This document shows positions 22,283-34,654 of a stretch of DNA of 64,000 nt, piece after piece. Location: contig QPMI01000420.1 in assembly GCA_004431415.1 (NCBI GenBank), positions 1-64,000 on the forward strand, written 5' to 3'. The translations under genes were made by a program, and so were the position numbers. The stretch is from Cyanophora paradoxa CCMP329 (lineage: Eukaryota; Plantae; Glaucophyta). Under the pieces are notes generated by a model, which saw only the letters and a program-made list of their open reading frames with translations, did no database searches and was not told the DNA's origin. Numbering within the stretch: position 1 is the first letter of the stretch; each line of letters starts with the position of its first letter.

Positions 22283-22486
22283 TGACTGTGAATATCCGCA
22301 AGGCAAAGCTGAACCCGCCCGTATTTAGAGCGGGTCTTAATATGAACGCCCTTGCAAAACGGGCATGTGGGTTCTGTAAACAGCATTATAAGGTCGACCA
22401 ACTCATAAGGAAACACACGAGCAAGCAATAGCCTCATTCCCTTTTATTTTCTCACATATTTAATACGTTGTCCAATTGTAGGATTG

Positions 22487-22900
22487 ATGAATTTCATCAC
22501 ACAATGCATCGAAATGTTTCATTTACATTTCACGAGCACGTGCCACAACTCCTGCTGCGACACAACCGTAGAGGTTAATATTTCTGACGACGACAGTGGA
22601 GGTAGGCGCCTTTCTGTATATTCTAACAACAGCGACAATCACAACCACCCACGATCTCGATCGCCCTCGCCTGTGCCCGCGGCTATGAGTTCTAATATCG
22701 AAACCGCTCAGATAGAGGACGTGCATGTAGAGCATATTAGAAGGCGATCATGTCCTGAGTTTGTAGAAGGTCATTTGCGCGCTGACTCCCCTTATCCGAT
22801 GTATAGATTGGATCAAATGGCATTAGGCGACGATAAAAGCTTAACAAATCCTTATGTTTATCCTCAGCAACAAGAAAGAACCGTCTGGAACGGTTATTGA
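22487..22900 (+). CDS. Hypothetical protein with N-terminal Cys cluster (TCHNSCC)
   Basis: ORF after an AT-rich spacer; conserved in copy A. Confidence 0.6.
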   Translation: MNFITQCIEMFHLHFTSTCHNSCCDTTVEVNISDDDSGGRRLSVYSNNSDNHNHPRSRSPSPVPAAMSSNIETAQIEDVHVEHIRRRSCPEFVEGHLRADSPYPMYRLDQMALGDDKSLTNPYVYPQQQERTVWNGY

Positions 22901-23024
22901 GCGGTGAATTTCGGTGGCGCTTGTATCGAGCCAAGGGCAAAAATTGAAGGTCTCGGTAAAAGGTATTTAAGGGCAAGGGAAATAATACAGAGTGACAAAA
23001 AACTATTTTCTCCGGTTGTAGTAA

Positions 23025-23438
23025 ATGGCGAAACCCAAGATTTCAAACCAAGAGGCGATGGCGGCACAGCAGGAAAAGCGCAGACCAGGGCGACCGAAGA
23101 AGGTGATCACAGAAGAGGAGAAGGCGGAGAGATTAAGACTAAAACGCGAAAAAGACGCCGAGCGGCAGCGAAACAAGCATCAGAGACAAAAGCAGGAGCG
23201 ATTAGCCGCCGGAGAGGCTACTATATTCACCCCGGAACAGCTACAAAAGATCGCAATTCGTAAACAGCAGCGATACCAAGACGATGAAGAGTATCGGGAG
23301 AAAATCCGAGAGAAGGCACGTGAATACCAACGAAGGAAAAGAGCGGAACGAAAGCTGAACCCACCCGCTAAACCTCAGCCGCAAAATCCCGCTGGGAGAC
23401 CCCGAAAGCATGTTGTCGAGAACGCGAAAAATTCGTAG
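23025..23438 (+). CDS. Basic coiled-coil protein with two AT-hooks
   Basis: RRPGRPKK and AGRPRK flank an R/K/E-rich helix. Confidence 0.75.
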   Translation: MAKPKISNQEAMAAQQEKRRPGRPKKVITEEEKAERLRLKREKDAERQRNKHQRQKQERLAAGEATIFTPEQLQKIAIRKQQRYQDDEEYREKIREKAREYQRRKRAERKLNPPAKPQPQNPAGRPRKHVVENAKNS

Positions 23439-23607
23439 CGGAAAGTATCCGCACGATGCAAAAAATGATTAATTGTTTACCTCCCTTTTTATTCCCCGTA
23501 TCGGTTAAAAAAGCACTTAAAGAATTGGCGACAAGGGAATGAAAAGGAGAATTTGGTAGATTGCGCCGAAATTATTTTCTCCGGTTTTTTTAAAAGAACT
23601 AATAGAG

Positions 23608-26600
23608 ATGCCGCGCGCAACCAACGGGACGAAATTATCGGATACTAATAAGAATCGCTAACAATGTTCGGGACGAAATTATCGGATACATTATGCAGGG
23701 ATTGAGTCAGGATTTGCTAACCGAAGAACAGGCGCATTGGGCGATGCACAACACAATGAATCGGAAGCCCAAGCTCCAAACGCTGATAGATATTCGCGAT
23801 ACGCTGAATGGCATCATTAATCCCCGCGTTTTCCGCAGGGCAGAGCGGAAAGAAAAGCGCGCCGCTCGCACCCAAGTTAATATAGAAAAGCAAAAGCAAA
23901 AAGAACAAGAGGCGAAGCGTTTACAGCGCTTCGATCGCAAGCAAGAAAAGAAGCGGACGAAAGAAGCGAAGCTCGAAGCGAAGCAATTGAAAGGACAGCT
24001 AAAAGCGGTAGAGGATGCGATTAAACGCACTATTCTCGATCCAATCGCCGCATACGATCCGGAAACTCTCGCAACAATTACGTTCAAGCTATGGGGACCT
24101 GGATCCGGTGCTCGGTCGTCGGAGGTAATTGTTATTCCCGGAATTCCCGGAACATATATAAAAGACAAAACCTTTGTCACCTACCAGAATATAAGAGAGA
24201 CAGTTTCGGTGAGGGTGTTGCGAAACTTTGCTCTGGCAAAATTCGATAAAGCGTATGGAGTTTTCATTCTACCCGATCAAAATCGTTATTATTCGGAAGA
24301 GAGAGAATCAATCTTCTATTTACTCGAAAACTACGATGAATTGGCTATAGGACTTAAATCTTTCGGCGAAGCATACGAGAGGTTCTTCTTTTAGACACCA
24401 CCAACCGAGGAACAGAAAAAACTACGCAAATGTTTCGATGATTATGGCGGCAGTGTCGATGATGCCTTTATAACTGTTCATGAGGTCGCGATCGATGGGG
24501 AGGAAGGTGTCGAGGACGATGGAGCCGGTGCTATACCTGGCAATCGCTATGAGTTTCTGGATGAGGAGCTAATGGACAGTATGCGATGCACCGCGATTAT
24601 GAGCAAATTCACAGACTACACATTAAATCCAAACGCGTCTGAGTTCGAAGATGTTATTGAGCTCCCCAAATCATCGACATCTAACGCTTGCGGCTATGAT
24701 ATGATCATCTCCACATGGGGAGCGTCCATTAAGAAGTGTCAGGAGGCGCCAAAACCGCGATATACTGACTTAACTATGTCCTACGACAGTCTCTATAAAT
24801 TCTTTCACGGTCGCGAACGCACACCTGACGACTCTCTGGCTCTCACGCTCCGCCATATCGAGAAATTCTGTAAGAGAATCCAGACAGGCTTCCGCGTCTT
24901 TGATGTCGACGGAAAGTTAATATACAAATTCGCGGCGGAATCAATTAACAAAAACATCTTTCCCCGCAATATTCACTTTATGATTCACAACAAGCATATC
25001 TATATATTCAACGATAACATCAAGTCGCTCGAAATGCGCATGGCAAAGATGGAGGTCGAAGAGCTCGATAGTCATGTTCCTAAGTCGACCTCTTCGTTAG
25101 CATTCTATAAAATTCCGACGTGTCTTACTCACGATATCTTCGCGCACACATCCAAGGATTTGTTAAAGATCACGCAATTAAAACTATCGCCTGACGAGCG
25201 CAGTTTCATTCGCATTCTGTATACTGGGCGTGAAGGTCTGGAAGGTCTTCTATTTACATTCCTGAAAATGCGATATGAGCCCGCAGTGAAGCTAACACCA
25301 TCGAAACAGATCGACAGCATCGCATTCAAAGCTAATGGCTCGATGTTCTCTATCAAAGATCCACGCACAACGGACCACTTTATTGAGCAAGATTTCGAAA
25401 CAGAGGAGTATTATAATAAGGTCTGTGAAATCGGTAAGGGTTTCCGCGAGTCGCTTCTAAATGCGACGAATATCTCACATTACAGCCCGAACATGCGCGA
25501 AATTCTCACGCACTACAAGCGATCCGCACTAAGCGGCTATTTCTATAAGCCGAACCCGAAAGCTACCTACACAGCTGTCGATATGGCGAAGTGCTACCCT
25601 TCGATACTAAAAGGCATGCAATATCTTCCCAAATACAATGTATTCGATGATTTCGTTCCCTTTAAAGCGGGAAGCGATATTCTCGAATACGCGATCTACT
25701 ACGTGCGTGTGGTTGCGTTTGAGAGAGAGCAAGCGACTTTCGCCGATTATGAGGATATAGATTATGATGCCCGCCATGCCTCGCAAGATTGATGGAATCG
25801 AAATTATTCTGGATCGCGCATTTTCCGTGAGTGGTCGCTGTTATAATTTCATGACAGGCTACACTCTCTCCATGCACTGGGCGGACGTAAAGGACAAGAT
25901 AGAGATTATCGCGGTCGCGGAGCCTTCGCATTTGGTGCCCAATACGTCGATCTCTGAGATGAAGAAAGTGCTTTCAAGTGACATTCAAACCACAGACAAG
26001 AAGCACCTTTTAGTGAAAGATATCGGAATGCTCGGCAAATTCCAAGACTCGCAAACATCCACGAAAATGTTCTACAACCGTGCCGAGGCCGAGAGGTTCG
26101 CCCAAGAATGCGGAGTAACAGTAGAGGTGTTTACTTTCAATCCTAAGAATTCGAAACGTGTCAAAGCTCTTAGCGAATTCGAAGGTCACATCTATTTCGT
26201 TAAGATCAGCTCTCACCGCGAGCTCGTTAACGGATTCCTTCCTATCCACTTTCATATTTACGATCGCAACCGTGCTAATATGTTTGCGCAATACAAGCGC
26301 CTGACAGCGCGCGGGCACAAGGTTGCCGGGATCAGAACGGATTGCCTATATATCGAAGGTTCATGGACAAGTAAGAAAGAGTTCGACCGAAATGCGTTTG
26401 AGAACATGGGCAAATTCAGCTATATTCCCGGGAAAAGATGCCCTGAGAATGCACTCCGCCCACCACGGGGTGTAACTCTCGAATTTCAGGATCCCGAGAC
26501 ACTCATTAACCGGTTCTCGCTGAGGGACGAGTTTAATCCTGAGTGCTTTAATTGGGTCGCGGAGCTCCATAATCGTATGCTTGTCCTTGCTGATATGCCC

Positions 26601-27886
26601 GGAAGTGGAAAGTCGACTCTCGGTATTAACTGTTAGTCGCATCTCAGAAATCGAATTGCTTAGTTATTTGCCCCCTATAACAAACAGTGCGCGGAGCTAA
26701 GAGACTCTCTCAAAGCCCGCGGAATCGGAAATATTACCGTTCGTACTTTGTATAATGTTCTCGGGATCCGTGTCTCCAATGATCAGACCTACGAAGAGGC
26801 TATGAGCGAAAAAGACCAGAGGGCGTTCGTCTCCGAGTTCAGCCACATTATGTTCGACGAGCTCGAGATATTTGCGTATTCTGTAAAAGATCTCGCTAAG
26901 ATCAAGTCGTTTATCGATCGCTATCCGGATATCAAATATTTGGCTAATGGAGATACCTATCAGAACGAACCGATTAATGACGACCTCTCGGTTTCTGATC
27001 GCAAGGGCTACTATAAGCGCGCTGTGCAGAGCATGTTCCCTAACGTCCTGAGTCTACGCATTAACAAGCGGCACAAGAAGGAGACAGACCGTGAATTAAT
27101 TCGGGCGATTAAAGAGGACCTCTTCGAAAACGGACTCGAAGCCGCACAGATCATTTCAAAATACGGCTTACCGGCAATTAATGATCTAAACGCTATTCCC
27201 GACGGCTACTTTGGCATCGCTTACAGAAACGAAATGACCTTAGCCTATAACAAACTGATGCACGATAGACGAAAAGTAAATATTGCAACCGTAGAGGTCA
27301 ACGGCATCAAATTCTACAAGGGTCTGGAAGTCGTTTGTCGCAGGTATCTACGCATTTCGCGATCTGAGGGTGAGTCTATTATGGCGTCACGTTCGAGGTT
27401 CCGTGCGCGATGTTAGAACATTTTTCTCTCCCTTATGCAGGAACAGGTCATTCAACGCAAGGTCTCACACTTGATTCGGGCATTGTCATTTGTGAGGCTA
27501 CGTTCCGCTATACCACTCGCGAATGGTTCTATACCGCGCTCACTCGTAACCGCGATCTGTCTACTGTGCTGATTTATACACCTATTCACAAGTTCCAAGG
27601 AAAGAGTGACTATATTGAGTATCTAAAAGCCAAAATCCGCGGCTACAAATGTCAGGATCAGCGTGCCGGGCGCGATTTCGACGAGGCGGATTATATTACG
27701 CCGGAGTGGATATTAGAGCGCAAGAAGCAACAGAAGGGCGCCTGTGCGCTCTGTTCCCTTCCGATTCCGATTGAGCCGCAAGATCCGAATTACAAGCTCG
27801 CCGTGGATCGCATTAATAACAGGCGCCCACATCTTAAAGACAATTGTCAACTCGCGCATCACGGGTGCAATTGCAGCAAAAAATAA
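23608..27886 (+). pseudogene. Replicase fusion, copy B (25-bp insertion, stop, ~75-bp deletion, frameshifts)
   Basis: Homolog of 2374-6667; lesions near 23626, 24392, 25770, 26634, 26860 and 27380. Confidence 0.85.
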
Positions 27887-27904
27887 ACAGGTTTAATTAG
27901 AAGA

Positions 27905-29294
27905 ATGTCACGGATCGACAGAAGGGTAGCGGGTGAGGAAACGGAGACCACCATACTACCTATCGCGGTTCCTGAAACTGAGCTAATCCCCCAAAAATCA
28001 CAAAACGCCAAGCAAAATCAAATTTATTAGGAGATGTTCCTTTTAGCATTGCTAACCCGTCCTCTAAGATCGTGCGACGCATGTATGACCCGAAGACAGG
28101 TTTTAAGAACCCATCGGCATTGTACGAAGAGCTGAGAAAAGAGGACAAGAGCCTCACATTGAAAGAAGTGCAAGATGTCGCAGCGAAACAAGAATTTATG
28201 CAGATCATCGGATCAACAAGAAGCCCCCCGCGCCGACCCAAACAGCTTTTATTCCCATCACAGCCCCGCCGTGGTGCTACCAAGCGGATCTCATCTTTTA
28301 TCTCTCATATGGCAATTATAATTCCGGCTACATTGCGGTCCTTACTCTCATTGAGATGACAAGCCGAAAAGCATATGCCAAGAAGTTAAAGAATAAGGAG
28401 GGCGCAAGTGTTGCCGCCGCTTTTGCGGAGATGCTTACAGAGCTACCGGCTCCGATGATTCGATTGGAGACAGATAACGGCTCAGAATTCATCGCAAAGG
28501 AGTTTCAGGAGATCGTTAAAAATAACGGAATAGAACACCGCTTTAAACAGGTCGGAGATCACACTTCGCTGGGAATTATGAATCGCTTTCATTTGACCCT
28601 AAAAATGATGATAAACAATTACTGTGTCGCCTATAATACAGTGCGGTTCATGGACAAGCTGGACGACTTCGTTTTCAATTATAACAACACCCTTCACAGA
28701 ACCATAGGAATGAAACCGGGGGATGTAAAGCTCTCAGATATGGAGCAGATCCGAGCGGCTATTATTTCGAGAAAGAATACGATCGTCAAGGATATATTCA
28801 GCGACTTCAAGCCGGGTCTCCACGTCCGCCTATTATTGCCGAGATCGAAGTTCGATAAAGGCGCGACCCAAAGGTATAGCAGAGAGGTCTACAAAATAGT
28901 GGGAAGGAGGGGAAACGCAATAGAGGTGCAAGATGCAGCCGGATACCTCATGCCGAAGCTATTTAAGCCGCACGAATTGCAGATTATTACAGAGGTCGAG
29001 GCAGTGGTCGAGCCCGCAGAAAATGCAATTAAAGCAGCCGAGATAGAGGCAGCCTCTATTCGGCAGGTTCAAAAAGAAGGCATAGATGTCGCCCCAAGTG
29101 TTCCGAAAGGCGCTCTATTGGAAGATCGCGCGGAGAAGACTAAGAGGGCGCTTAGAGAGCTCGCGAAATTAACGATTGCCGGCACTGAGAAGCTCTCAGA
29201 GGTAAACAGTCAGCGGTGGTTTAAATCATTCAAGAATCAGAGCGCAAGCTATACAGCCCCTACTACGCGCATTCTTCGGTCATCTCGTTCATAA
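27905..29294 (+). pseudogene. rve integrase, copy B (5' frameshifts)
   Basis: Homolog of 6686-8068; indels near 27985 and 28207; also reads GIMNRF. Confidence 0.85.
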
Positions 29295-29333
29295 CAAACC
29301 CCGAAATTATTTTCTCCGGTAAATATAAAAGCG

Positions 29334-29648
29334 ATGGAGGGTGAAAAGCAGTTCGTCGACATTCCCTATGAAAAAAAAGACGTTGCGAAATCCCTCGGTG
29401 GAAAGTGGGATCCCGAGAATTCTTGCTGGTATGTGACACAGAAAGATCACCCCCTATGCTCTCAGTTCAAGACTTGAAGCTATGAGCAAGTGTATCAGAG
29501 AAACGTGAAGGTTTATCTCGATATTCCTTATGAATTTAAGGATCAAGCGAAGGCTGAAAAAGCCCGCTGGGATCCCGTAATGAAATGCTGGTATGTTATG
29601 GGTCTCGATCACCCACTAATGGGCAAGTTTCCGATCAAGGAGCATTAA
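29334..29648 (+). pseudogene. Tandem DUF5710 protein, copy B (internal TGA)
   Basis: ACT TGA AGC here versus ACT CTA AGC in copy A. Confidence 0.8.
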
Positions 29649-29673
29649 ATATATATGTCGTTTTTTTCATTTT

Positions 29674-30074
29674 TTATGAAATTGGGAACCTTTGCTCGAC
29701 CTGTAAGTCCCACTTCCGAACTTTCAGCCTTTCTTGTATGAGATCGTTAATGTCCTGTGCTATACCCATTGTCTTCGCTTCGGCATTTGAGCCGCATGTA
29801 AAGATATCGATCGCTAATAGCCCCTGGTCGCTATAAGAGTGAGCTGTGGCATGCGACTCATCTAATAGAAAGCCAATCGCGAAACCGGGAGGGGAAATAG
29901 AGCCGTCGAAAATACAGGTGTGCTGATGCACGACTCGGCGATGCGCATATTGCGATCTGTGATTAATTGCGATAGGTTCGCTGTGATCCACTCGGCGCAT
30001 GCCTCCGGGGACTCGGTGAACGGGTCGGGTATATAGTCGAGCATAACGTGGTAGCCGCGGTATCGGGAATCCAT
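29674..30074 (-). pseudogene. speD: AdoMetDC, copy B (frameshifting 8-bp insertion near 29935)
   Basis: Homolog of 8449-8841 split over two frames. Confidence 0.82.
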
Positions 30075-30782
30075 TATTATTTAAGTCGATATTTTTGTGA
30101 GCTATGTGGTTTCGTAGCCGCCAAATCGCGCCCTTTGCGAATCAGACCGCGCCACTTCGTAGTAGTGTAGAACTACTCTATACGCGCGCGGATGCAAAGT
30201 ATGACTAGTGGAGCCCTCCGGGAACGCGCGCCGGCGCTCAGAATGTAGCGGACACCTCCGTTTTCGGGCACTTGTGCAGAAATCGAGGTCGCTCTTCGCT
30301 CCACGGTGGGCTAAGCTAGTCAAATGATAACCATCATGCCTGGAATCGAGTTGTGAGCACATAGCAATTGAGAGCGCGCCGAGATCGGCTTCCTGTCCAA
30401 AGTTATGCGGTGAAAACGGAAGGGGGTCTCCGCGAAGTCGCGATCGCCGGTGTTATGGTAAATATATGCCGGCGGATATTATGCTTCTAACTGAGAATTT
30501 GAAAGGTATAACAGACCTATTATAAGCTTCAGCCCTACTACAAGGTTCAGCTACAATGGCGCTTTACTAAGGTCTATTAGTAGCCGGTTCCCTTGCCAAG
30601 TCGCCGTGAGGATCGCATTTTTCATAAAAAATGCTTTTACACATAATTTATTGAGCCTATGACACTTCTATGGACGTGCTAGCCTCGTCAAGACGGTCAC
30701 GGCGCTATTTTCAGTTTTGCAAGGCGATGAGCTGGTGAAGAGATACAAGCGTTTAACGATTTCTATCGGACTCGGGTTTTCA

Positions 30783-30867
30783 GTATCCCCCCTTTCGCTT
30801 TTCACGTAAGCCCCCTTTCGCTTTTCCGGTATGCCCCCTTTCGCTTTTCCGGTATGCCCCCTTTCGC
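30783..30867. repeat. Tandem repeat, 23-bp unit GTATGCCCCCTTTCGCTTTTCCG, ~3.7 copies, copy B only
   Basis: Direct reading. Confidence 0.85.
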
Positions 30868-31004
30868 CCATGAATGACAAATATGTTTTTTCCGGTTACA
30901 AAGGGGGACAAATTGGTTACAGTTGCGGTTACAACCTCACGGTGATTGGTCGGACATCTTCAAAACATACAAAAACTGCTTTGTGGCATGCTACATGATA
31001 GTAT

Positions 31005-31794
31005 ATATATGTTTTCGGAATCGCCGCGATGTGATGACCCCGAATATGTCGGTGACGCCGGTATATATATATATATGTCGTCATATGAAAAAAAGAGAAA
31101 AAACTAAAAAACGAAAGTCGCGCGGGATCACTAGCTGACACGGAGGTTCGGACATATACACGATATATATACATGACTGAATTGTTATTTTTTCATACAA
31201 CTCGCATGTAGTTTACATGTATCTTGCATAGTGGGCGGGGCGCGATGGTATTTTAACGTGGTCTATCGTCGTACTTTGTCGTAAATATGCTAATCGTACA
31301 TTTCGATTCGTACATTTCGATTCGTACATTTCGATTCGTACATTTCGATTGAAGTCGCGAGTGTGTGCAGGTGGGCATTTTTGGCAGCACATACTCGCGA
31401 ATTCATTGTACTCTATCGGTGGGGGTCACCTTGATTTCGTATTTGATTTATCCGGATTAAGGCTATCGGTGGGGGTCACCTTTATTTTTCAATTTGCTAA
31501 CTGAAAACAGTTTGGAAACGATCGGGAACATTTCGTAAAAATAGGGGTCTTACTGTCCTTACTGAGAAATCGAGAGAGGGTTTTAGGGCTTACTGAAAAC
31601 GGTAAGAGATTAGAAAATAGGAGATTGATAGGGTTTTGTGATTGGTTTCAGTAAGGAGAGGTTAGAAGTTCGAAAAATACAGTGCTAATTTATAATTTGT
31701 TACTGAGCCTTACTGAGAAATTTGAAAATGGATAATGGGCTTACTGAGAATGGTAGTGGGGAAGGAAAGAAGAGGGCGCGCAATTGGTGGGGGT
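31005..31794. repeat. Right terminal region (probable TIR) of copy B
   Basis: Homolog of 9630-10455; 14-bp x4 at 31294-31349; one fewer 50-bp unit. Confidence 0.7.
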
Positions 31795-32233
31795 GACCCC
31801 AGTGCGAGCGATATCGAAAATCCAGAGCCGGCGGTTGTCGAGGCTGACGAACTCGTAGGGCTTACCGTCTTCATTGTAATGAGTTTCTGTACAATTGCGA
31901 TTACGCATTGTCGAGATGACGTCGGCGCTAGCTAGCGCTGTAGCTATCTAAATCTAGATCTAAACTAGTAGCTTAACTTGAGCCAACGGTTCTTGCTCAC
32001 CGGATTGAGGATGTTTGTCGGGGATTCGTGCGACGAGGATAGGCGGAATGTCCTTCACGACTTCGCACAACTTGAGGTCCGTGCAGCACAGTCGCCGCGA
32101 TATGCGCGCTGCGGCGTCTTCGATATTGCGAATCTCGCTATCCACGCTGTCGCCGAAGGAGGCTCATGCTGTCCTGCGAGAAGAGGATGCGGCTCGGGTC
32201 GATGTAGTGGAAACTCGGCCGCGACGTCGACAT
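31795..32233 (-). pseudogene. Host ParB/Sulfiredoxin-like domain gene, two exons, truncated by the PLV insertion
   Basis: Exon YIDPSRILFSQDS...IPPILVAR; GT-AG intron 32000-31887; in-frame exon ETHYNEDGKPYEFVSLDNRRLWIF. One frameshift near 32165. Confidence 0.7.
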
Positions 32234-32864
32234 CTGCGCTTACATACGATTTTTGTCACTGTTTGACCATCTTAATCGAATCACGATGTGACGATCATGA
32301 AGCATACCGTCGAAGGTGCTTGGCGCGCACCGCGGCACTACGTGAACGGTACGGTATATATATATATATACGTATGTACATGTATACGGCTAATCCGAAA
32401 CGGCCCGCCGGCGCTCCGGAAAGCCTGTAAACTTGTAGATCAATCATCCGCGCAACGACTGCGGCGCGGCCGAGTCGCGCCGAGCGGCGCCGGCGGCGCA
32501 CGAGACGAGAGCGCGCACGGCGGTTATCGGATGGCCAGCTGACAGGTTGGCGGAAACGCTTCGCCCCGCGCAGCTGGACCCCCTAGCTGGCTCCTGCGCA
32601 TGCGATGTTGGACCGCCGCCCCTAGGGCCTAGACGCGCAGTGCTTGCTTTGTGTCGTAGGAGTTCGACCGAAATGCCGGGCGGGTGTACAGGTGTACCCG
32701 GCGGCCGGTCCCGCGAGCCCGTCCCCGGGGGAAGCAACAGAACCGGGAAAACCGGCGGCCTCTGGCCTGTCCTCAGCGATTCGAAGCGGTATAACAGGTC
32801 GGCCACTTCGTCTGGAGTCGCGCGCGGTGCTGGCGGAGCAGCGTCGCGGATCGCTCGGCCAGCG

Positions 32865-34654
32865 ATGAGGGCGCCCGCGGGCGGCGGCGCGCTGGCGCTG
32901 CTGCTCGCGGCTTCGGTGCTGCTGGCGTGGTTCGCGGCGCCCGCGGCTGCGATCAAGGCGCACTCGTACGCCTGGAGCCACGTCCTGAACGAGAAGCCCG
33001 TGCTGGTGCGGACGGCGGGGCCGTGCCCGTGCCTCGTTTCGTACTTCGTGGAGGCGAGCCCGTTCAGCGTGCGGGCGGCGCTCGTGCTGCTCAGCTCGGG
33101 CGCGTACGAGAAGTTCGTGGCGGGTCAGCTGCGCCCCGACGAGCCCGGGCAGGAGACGGTCGTCGTGGAGAGCTCCGGGACGCTCGCGCGGGCGGAGGAC
33201 TTCCGGCAGGCGGCGGTGCCCGACGGCGAGCACCTCTTCGTCGTCCTCGCGCCGCTGGCCACGGGCTACGTCCTCGTCGACATCGTCCCCGCCGGTCCGC
33301 CCGCCCGCCCGCGCTCTCGCCCGAGTGCGCGCCGCGCTCCGGATCGGTGCGAGCTCGATCGGCGCAGACGGCGGGTCGGTGACGCTGCCGCCGGGCCAGG
33401 CGCTGGTGCTGAGCAGCGCGCGGGCGTGCCCGTGCGCGGCGGCGAACCAGCTGGCGACCGACGCCGACCCCAAGGACCTCGCCGTCGCGTTCCTGGACGA
33501 CGACGGCCTCGCGGCGGCGCTCGGCGGCTCCGGCGGCGGCGCCGTCGCCCCCGTCGCCGGCTTCTTCCCCTCGGGCGCCGCGCACAGCGCGCCGGCGGAC
33601 GCGGCGGCGGTGCGGCGGGTGCGGGAGCGGGCGCTGAAGGGCGCGGCGGGACCGTCGGGCAGCGGATGCACGTTGTGCTGGCGAACCTCTCGCCGCGGCC
33701 CACCGTCGTCCAGGTCGCCCTCGCCATGGCCGGCTCCTGTGCGCGCCAAGCCCGCCTGCGCGCCCCTCTAGGACCGAACCGAACGTCCAACATCTCGCGC
33801 AGATCCGACCGAGGTGGAGTTCGCGACGGGGGCGCCGACCTCGGGCGGGCCCGTCGCGATCGTGGGGCGCCACTTCGGGTCCCGGCAGGACCTCTTGGGC
33901 CAGATCACCATCGGCGGCCGGCCCTGCGCCTCCCCGCAGCTGTTGCTCCCGGGGCACCTCCTCCGCTGCGACGCCGCCCCGGGTACGGGGTTCGCCCTCC
34001 GTGACCGTCGCCGGGATGAGCTCCGGCGCCACCGGCCGCCGCCGCTTCTGGTACGACGGTCAGTGTATCCCCTACCTCCAAGAACGGCGTACCCCCAGCT
34101 CTGAACCCTGCGGTAGGCCCCTATGTCTTGACCGTGACATCATCCCCGCCGTCGGGGTGTACCGTCACGATGCGGGGCGGCAACCTCGGGGCGCGGGGTA
34201 CGGGCGGCGAGGTCGCGGCCTGGATCGGCGGGCGCCCATGCACCAACGCGCGCGTCTTCGTACCCCACAGCGAGGTCCGCCTGTACCCCCCTCCAATCCC
34301 CGCGGACCGCGCCGAGCTGTACCCCAGATCGTCTGCGAGGCGCCCCCGGGTACGGGATCCGGCTTGGACGCCGTGGTCCGCGTGGGGGGTAGGCCCGCCG
34401 ACTTCGACGGCGCCGGTGCCTTCGCGTACGGCTTGTACCCCCGTGCGGCCTCCCCCCCACCCTCCCACCGCCCTCTGACCCTCCCCACAGCGGCGAAGAG
34501 CGCGGCGGACGGCCGCCGGTCGGCCGTGCTCGTTTCGGACGACCCCGCGGCGGACTCCGCCGCCGCCTCCGCCGCCGGCTCGCGCGCCAGCGGTCCACCC
34601 CACGCCTCTTCCTCGGTACGATCACTTGATTCCCGTACCCTGCTGCACTTCTAA
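32865..34654 (+). CDS. Secreted/surface IPT/TIG-domain protein, unit 1 (spliced; 3' end uncertain; small deletion near 33997)
   Basis: Signal peptide MRAPAGGGALALLLAASVLLAWFAAPAAA; two TIG repeats (GGPVAIVGRHFG...IGGRPC...LRCDAAPGTG...VTVAG); short introns, e.g. 33295-33367. Confidence 0.7.

Larger units (their letters stand above)
10456..31794 (+). mobile_element. Endogenous Polinton-like virus, copy B (left end interrupted by copy A; decaying)
   Basis: DJR MCP, penton-like genes, A32 ATPase, PolB-helicase, integrase and lipase; intronless and compact, with lower GC than the flanking host DNA. Ends at the same terminal sequence as copy A. Confidence 0.92.

Noticed and set aside
1-31794. Virophage (Lavidaviridae), classical Maverick or bacterial prophage
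   Set aside because: The MCP is short (~437 aa), no adenain-type protease or canonical pPolB with exonuclease is visible, and the flanks have spliceosomal introns. PLV fits best, although the left end is unseen.
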